Assembly: GCA_018985225.1 (NCBI GenBank)
Contig: JADGIF010000350.1
Coordinates: forward strand, 1-10,276
Source of the DNA: Amoeboradix gromovi X-113
Lineage: Eukaryota; Fungi; Sanchytriomycota
Length of the DNA: 10,276 nucleotides
Direction: 5' to 3'
Shown here: positions 7,263 through 10,276 of the stretch, in pieces
Numbering within the stretch: the first letter of the stretch is position 1
Layout: each line of letters starts with the position of its first letter
Position numbers and translations under genes: made by a program
The notes under the pieces: model-generated
Database searches by the model: none
What the model saw: only the letters and a program-made list of their open reading frames with translations
What the model was told of the DNA's origin: nothing

Positions 7263-9839
7263 ATGGATCGTAAAAGAAAACACAATGATGATACTTTGCC
7301 ACCTAGTAGCCCACCTCTATTAAGTAGCCGACCAGATGAACATAGTAGCGATGATGAAGGCTCTTCTTTATTTGGTGAAAACATGTATGACGATTATCAA
7401 GCTATCGATGAGTTGGACAAGTACGAGGAAGTGAATCTAGACCACCAAGATTATGATGAACTCGACCCTGGTATTAAGAGACTAGTAGATCAAAGATTAG
7501 AGGATCGGGACATTGCCGAAGGCAAAATTAGTGGGTTCATTCCTGAACCGCTCCCTCGTAAAAAAAATAAACAACGCTATCGCCGAAATAAGGGTGCTGA
7601 AGAAGAAGAAGAAGATGTGGTTCTAAATGACATTGCAGATATCAAAGGAATGTCGTTATTTGAATTTGCTCAAGTCAGCTCTTCACGTCTTGCTGTCAAA
7701 AGGCTATTTACAGAGTTCTTAACTCAATTCACTGTTGGTTCAGGCTCGAATGCGTCTGCTTATTACGGTAATGTCATTCGAACCATGTGTGAAATGAATT
7801 CATCGAGTCTCAAAGTAGATTTTCAGCATTTGATATCATATAAGCCTGTCTTGTCTTTTCTAATCCTAAATGATCCTGTTGACTATCTCGATATCTTTAA
7901 TGAATCTGCTAATGAGGTTGTATCTCTTACGTTTGAAAACTATATCCCAAATATTGCTTCAGAGATCACCGTGAGAATCGTCAATATTTCTGATTACACT
8001 AGTCTTCGAGATCTTAGAGAACATCATTTGAACACTATGATATCAGTGACTGGTACCATAACTCGTAAATCTGTAATGTATCCTCATCAAAAGGTTTTAA
8101 AGTTTAATTGTTCTAAATGTAGCGCTGTGTTGGGACCGTTCATTCAGGACTCAGTTCTGGCTAATCCCATTACCGTTCGTGGTTGTGGAGAGTGTGGGGC
8201 TCGTAGCGGCTTTGTGTTAAACACTGAAGAAACAGTTTTTAGTAACTTCCAGAAATGGAATTTGCAGGAATCTCACAATGACTTGCCACCTGGTAGACTC
8301 CCACGGAGTCGTCAATTGATAGTAACAGGTGACCTTATTGACTCTTGTCGACCTGGTGATGAGGTTGTGGTAATTGGAATTTATCGCAACAATTTTAGTT
8401 CCTCTTTGAACACTAAGAACGGGTTTCCCGTATTCAGTACGCTGATTGAAGTCAATAGTGTATCTAATAAGCAGCATGAGCGTACTAGAGCTCTAACTGA
8501 TGCTGATATTCGTCAAATTAAGAATCTAAGCAAGCATCCTCAGCTTAGCCAGGCAATGTTAGATAGCGTTGCACCGTCTATATATGGGCATGAGGATATC
8601 AAGCTTGCCATTTTGTTATCGATGTTTGGAGGTGTTATGAAGATCAGAGATGGTAAACATCGATTACGCGGTGATGTCAATATTCTTATGATGGGAGACC
8701 CTGGTACTTGCAAGTCTCAGTTTCTTAAATACGTATGTAAAACCGCGCCTAGAGCAGTCTACACTACTGGTCAAGGTGCTAGTGCGGTCGGATTAACTGC
8801 TAGTGTTTTGAAAGACCCAATGACTGGCCAATGGGGTATCGAAAGTGGTGCTCTGGTATTAGCTGATCAGGGAATTTGCCTAATTGATGAGTTCGACAAA
8901 ATGAATGACGTAGATCGCACATCTATTCATGAGGCTATGGAGCAGCAGTCTATCAGCATTAGTAAAGCTGGTATCGTAGCAACTTTAAGTGCTCAATGCG
9001 CCATTATTGCAGCTGCTAATCCTATCAAAGGTAAGTACAACCCTAATTTGTCATTTTTAAACAACGTAGAGTTAAGTGAGCCTATTATCAGTAGATTTGA
9101 TGTACTCTGCGTGGTAGTAGACAACACGGACCCTGATGTTGATGAGCAGCTAGCTAAACACGTATGCTTGAATCATATTAAAGGAATTATGAACAGCAGT
9201 GTAGCTTTGTCGAATGATCAAATTGAAGCCAATACTGCGGCTATCACAGCTGCAGTAGAATCTTTAAAAATTAATGTCAAACACCCTCCAATTGATCAGG
9301 ATCTACTTCAAAAATACATTTTATATGCCAAGCAATACAATCCTCGCTTAGATCAGGTAGACAAGCAGAAGATCGCCAATCTCTACGCAGATATACGTAA
9401 GACGAGTATGAAATACACAAGTATTCCTGTAACTGCCAGATTGTTAGAGAGCATGGTAAGGCTGAGTGAAGCTAATGCTAAAATGCACTTGAGGCAATAT
9501 GTCAACAGCACTGATGTAGATGTTGCTATAAAGATAGTTTTAAGCTCCTTTTTGAATTGCCAAAAGTATTATGTAAAGAGAAAGTTGGAGAAACAATTTA
9601 AAAGTTATTTGAAGCCTGAGAAGTATTCAATTCTGAATAAGATATTGAATGAGATGATGTATGACAAGATAAGATATTTGCAAGCACAAGATATGGAACT
9701 GGAGAATGAGATTGAACTGAACAAAAAGGAATTTGAATCAAAGTGTGGGGAGATTGGGGTTGATGACTTGAGCGGATTTTATGCGCAAATGGCAGATACT
9801 TATAGGCTAGAAGAATCGGTTATTGTCAAGTGTATTTAA
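7263..9839 (+). CDS. MCM2: DNA replication licensing factor MCM2
   Basis: 858-aa intronless ORF. It has N-terminal SSP and the histone-binding LFGENMYDDY..IDELDKYE, a C4 zinc finger, PPGRLPR, NGFPVFST, Walker A GDPGTCKSQ, Walker B CLIDEFDKM, IHEAMEQQSISISKAGI and arginine finger SRFD. Confidence 0.97.
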   Translation: MDRKRKHNDDTLPPSSPPLLSSRPDEHSSDDEGSSLFGENMYDDYQAIDELDKYEEVNLDHQDYDELDPGIKRLVDQRLEDRDIAEGKISGFIPEPLPRKKNKQRYRRNKGAEEEEEDVVLNDIADIKGMSLFEFAQVSSSRLAVKRLFTEFLTQFTVGSGSNASAYYGNVIRTMCEMNSSSLKVDFQHLISYKPVLSFLILNDPVDYLDIFNESANEVVSLTFENYIPNIASEITVRIVNISDYTSLRDLREHHLNTMISVTGTITRKSVMYPHQKVLKFNCSKCSAVLGPFIQDSVLANPITVRGCGECGARSGFVLNTEETVFSNFQKWNLQESHNDLPPGRLPRSRQLIVTGDLIDSCRPGDEVVVIGIYRNNFSSSLNTKNGFPVFSTLIEVNSVSNKQHERTRALTDADIRQIKNLSKHPQLSQAMLDSVAPSIYGHEDIKLAILLSMFGGVMKIRDGKHRLRGDVNILMMGDPGTCKSQFLKYVCKTAPRAVYTTGQGASAVGLTASVLKDPMTGQWGIESGALVLADQGICLIDEFDKMNDVDRTSIHEAMEQQSISISKAGIVATLSAQCAIIAAANPIKGKYNPNLSFLNNVELSEPIISRFDVLCVVVDNTDPDVDEQLAKHVCLNHIKGIMNSSVALSNDQIEANTAAITAAVESLKINVKHPPIDQDLLQKYILYAKQYNPRLDQVDKQKIANLYADIRKTSMKYTSIPVTARLLESMVRLSEANAKMHLRQYVNSTDVDVAIKIVLSSFLNCQKYYVKRKLEKQFKSYLKPEKYSILNKILNEMMYDKIRYLQAQDMELENEIELNKKEFESKCGEIGVDDLSGFYAQMADTYRLEESVIVKCI

Positions 9840-9889
9840 ATGTTAAGTAAATGATTTGTTTTAAACAATTTGTCCACCTTTGCTGTGTC

Positions 9890-10022
9890 CAGCTCGATTG
9901 TTTTCTTGAATAAACCATTTATCGCGAATTTGTATGCATTTTTGTATAATTTCATGACTTTTCCAGATTTTTCTAATAGCTTAAATACTCGATATTCTTC
10001 CTTTTCACAAATGGTAAATGGA
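9890..10022. repeat. Dispersed repeat copy B (within minus-strand ORF 9836-10081)
   Basis: 117/133 identical to 1152-1284. Here the minus frame is uninterrupted (81-aa ORF), but I cannot assign a product. Confidence 0.9.
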
Positions 10023-10081
10023 GTAAATAGATGTAATCCCGAATATTTCAAATCTAAAGAAATAACTAACAGGTACAGCAT

Positions 10082-10276
10082 ACAAAGACGTATGATCTGA
10101 TATACTTACCATCGTTCAATACTAGTCAAATGATAAGTAGCTTGTCGGGCAGGTCGCAAGAAACATGGCTACAATGTCCCATTACGCATTCAAGGAACGC
10201 TTGAAGTTCAAGTGCAAACAAAGAGGAAAGACTATAATCGAATGTAATGAATCATTTACTAGTTAGACATGCACAA
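10082..10276 (+). pseudogene. Fanzor2 / IS607-type TnpB pseudogene fragment (RuvC-II region and start of zinc finger), running off the window end
   Basis: 10082-10150 reads TKTYDLIYLPSFNTSQMISSLSG. After a 1-nt deletion near 10151, 10153-10275 reads VARNMATMSHYAFKERLKFKCKQRGKTIIECNESFTS*TCT. This matches the Fanzor2 pattern YDxIxLPxFxTSxM...ARxMxTxSHYxFKxRLxxK...ExxTSKTC. There is a premature TAG at 10264-10266. It is absent from the supplied ORF track. Confidence 0.88.

Noticed and set aside
907-8477. Shadow ORFs 907-1116, 2352-2675, 2789-3121, 4798-5019, 5449-5703, 5872-6171, 5898-6080, 6011-6214, 8217-8477
   Set aside because: All overlap well-supported genes on the opposite strand or in another frame and have no recognisable motifs.
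9836-10081. 81-aa minus-strand ORF as a real gene or confident hAT transposase
   Set aside because: The homologous copy A has an in-frame stop and mostly non-synonymous changes. The hAT resemblance is a single loose motif.
10264-10266. In-frame TAG in the Fanzor motif TS*TC could be read as Gln (TSQTC) under a TAR=Gln genetic code
   Set aside because: PRP46 (TAG), uL13m (TAA) and MCM2 (TAA) end at expected positions, and no long conserved ORF contains an internal TAR. The fragment also has a frameshift, so a nonsense mutation is the simpler explanation.
1-10276. CRISPR array, prokaryotic operon or bacterial contamination explaining the TnpB-like fragments and L13
   Set aside because: There is no regularly spaced repeat-spacer array. 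The fragments lie between unambiguous eukaryotic genes (PRP46, SIR2, MCM2), and the L13 is best explained as the nuclear-encoded mitochondrial form.

Overview
Compact, AT-rich, intron-poor eukaryotic nuclear DNA read in the standard genetic code. It is most likely from an early-diverging fungus or relative (inference, mainly from the Spt7-type bromodomain and the gene compaction). Host genes: PRP46/PLRG1 (-), a Sel1-like-repeat protein (+), mitochondrial ribosomal uL13m (-), a probable TTI2 (+), a short Spt7-like bromodomain protein (+), a class I sirtuin Sir2/SIRT1 (+) and MCM2 (+). The most interesting content is in the three larger intergenic gaps. (i) Two decayed fragments of an RNA-guided TnpB/Fanzor endonuclease of the Fanzor2/IS607 type: 10082-10276 carries the rearranged RuvC-II (LP..., E-S-F-T-S-x-T-C) and 1286-1351 carries the end of the zinc finger plus RuvC-III (C-HLKIDRDHMAARNI). 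(ii) A GC-richer, hairpin-forming tract after the RuvC-III fragment that ends in 9-bp periodic motifs, a candidate omegaRNA/right end. (iii) An unidentified dispersed repeat lying just upstream of BOTH Fanzor fragments in the same orientation (133 bp, 117/133 identical), with further diverged copies at 6321-6382 and 1599-1627. Together these suggest internally deleted derivatives of one Fanzor2-carrying mobile element with an unidentified partner sequence. No intact Fanzor gene is present in the window.
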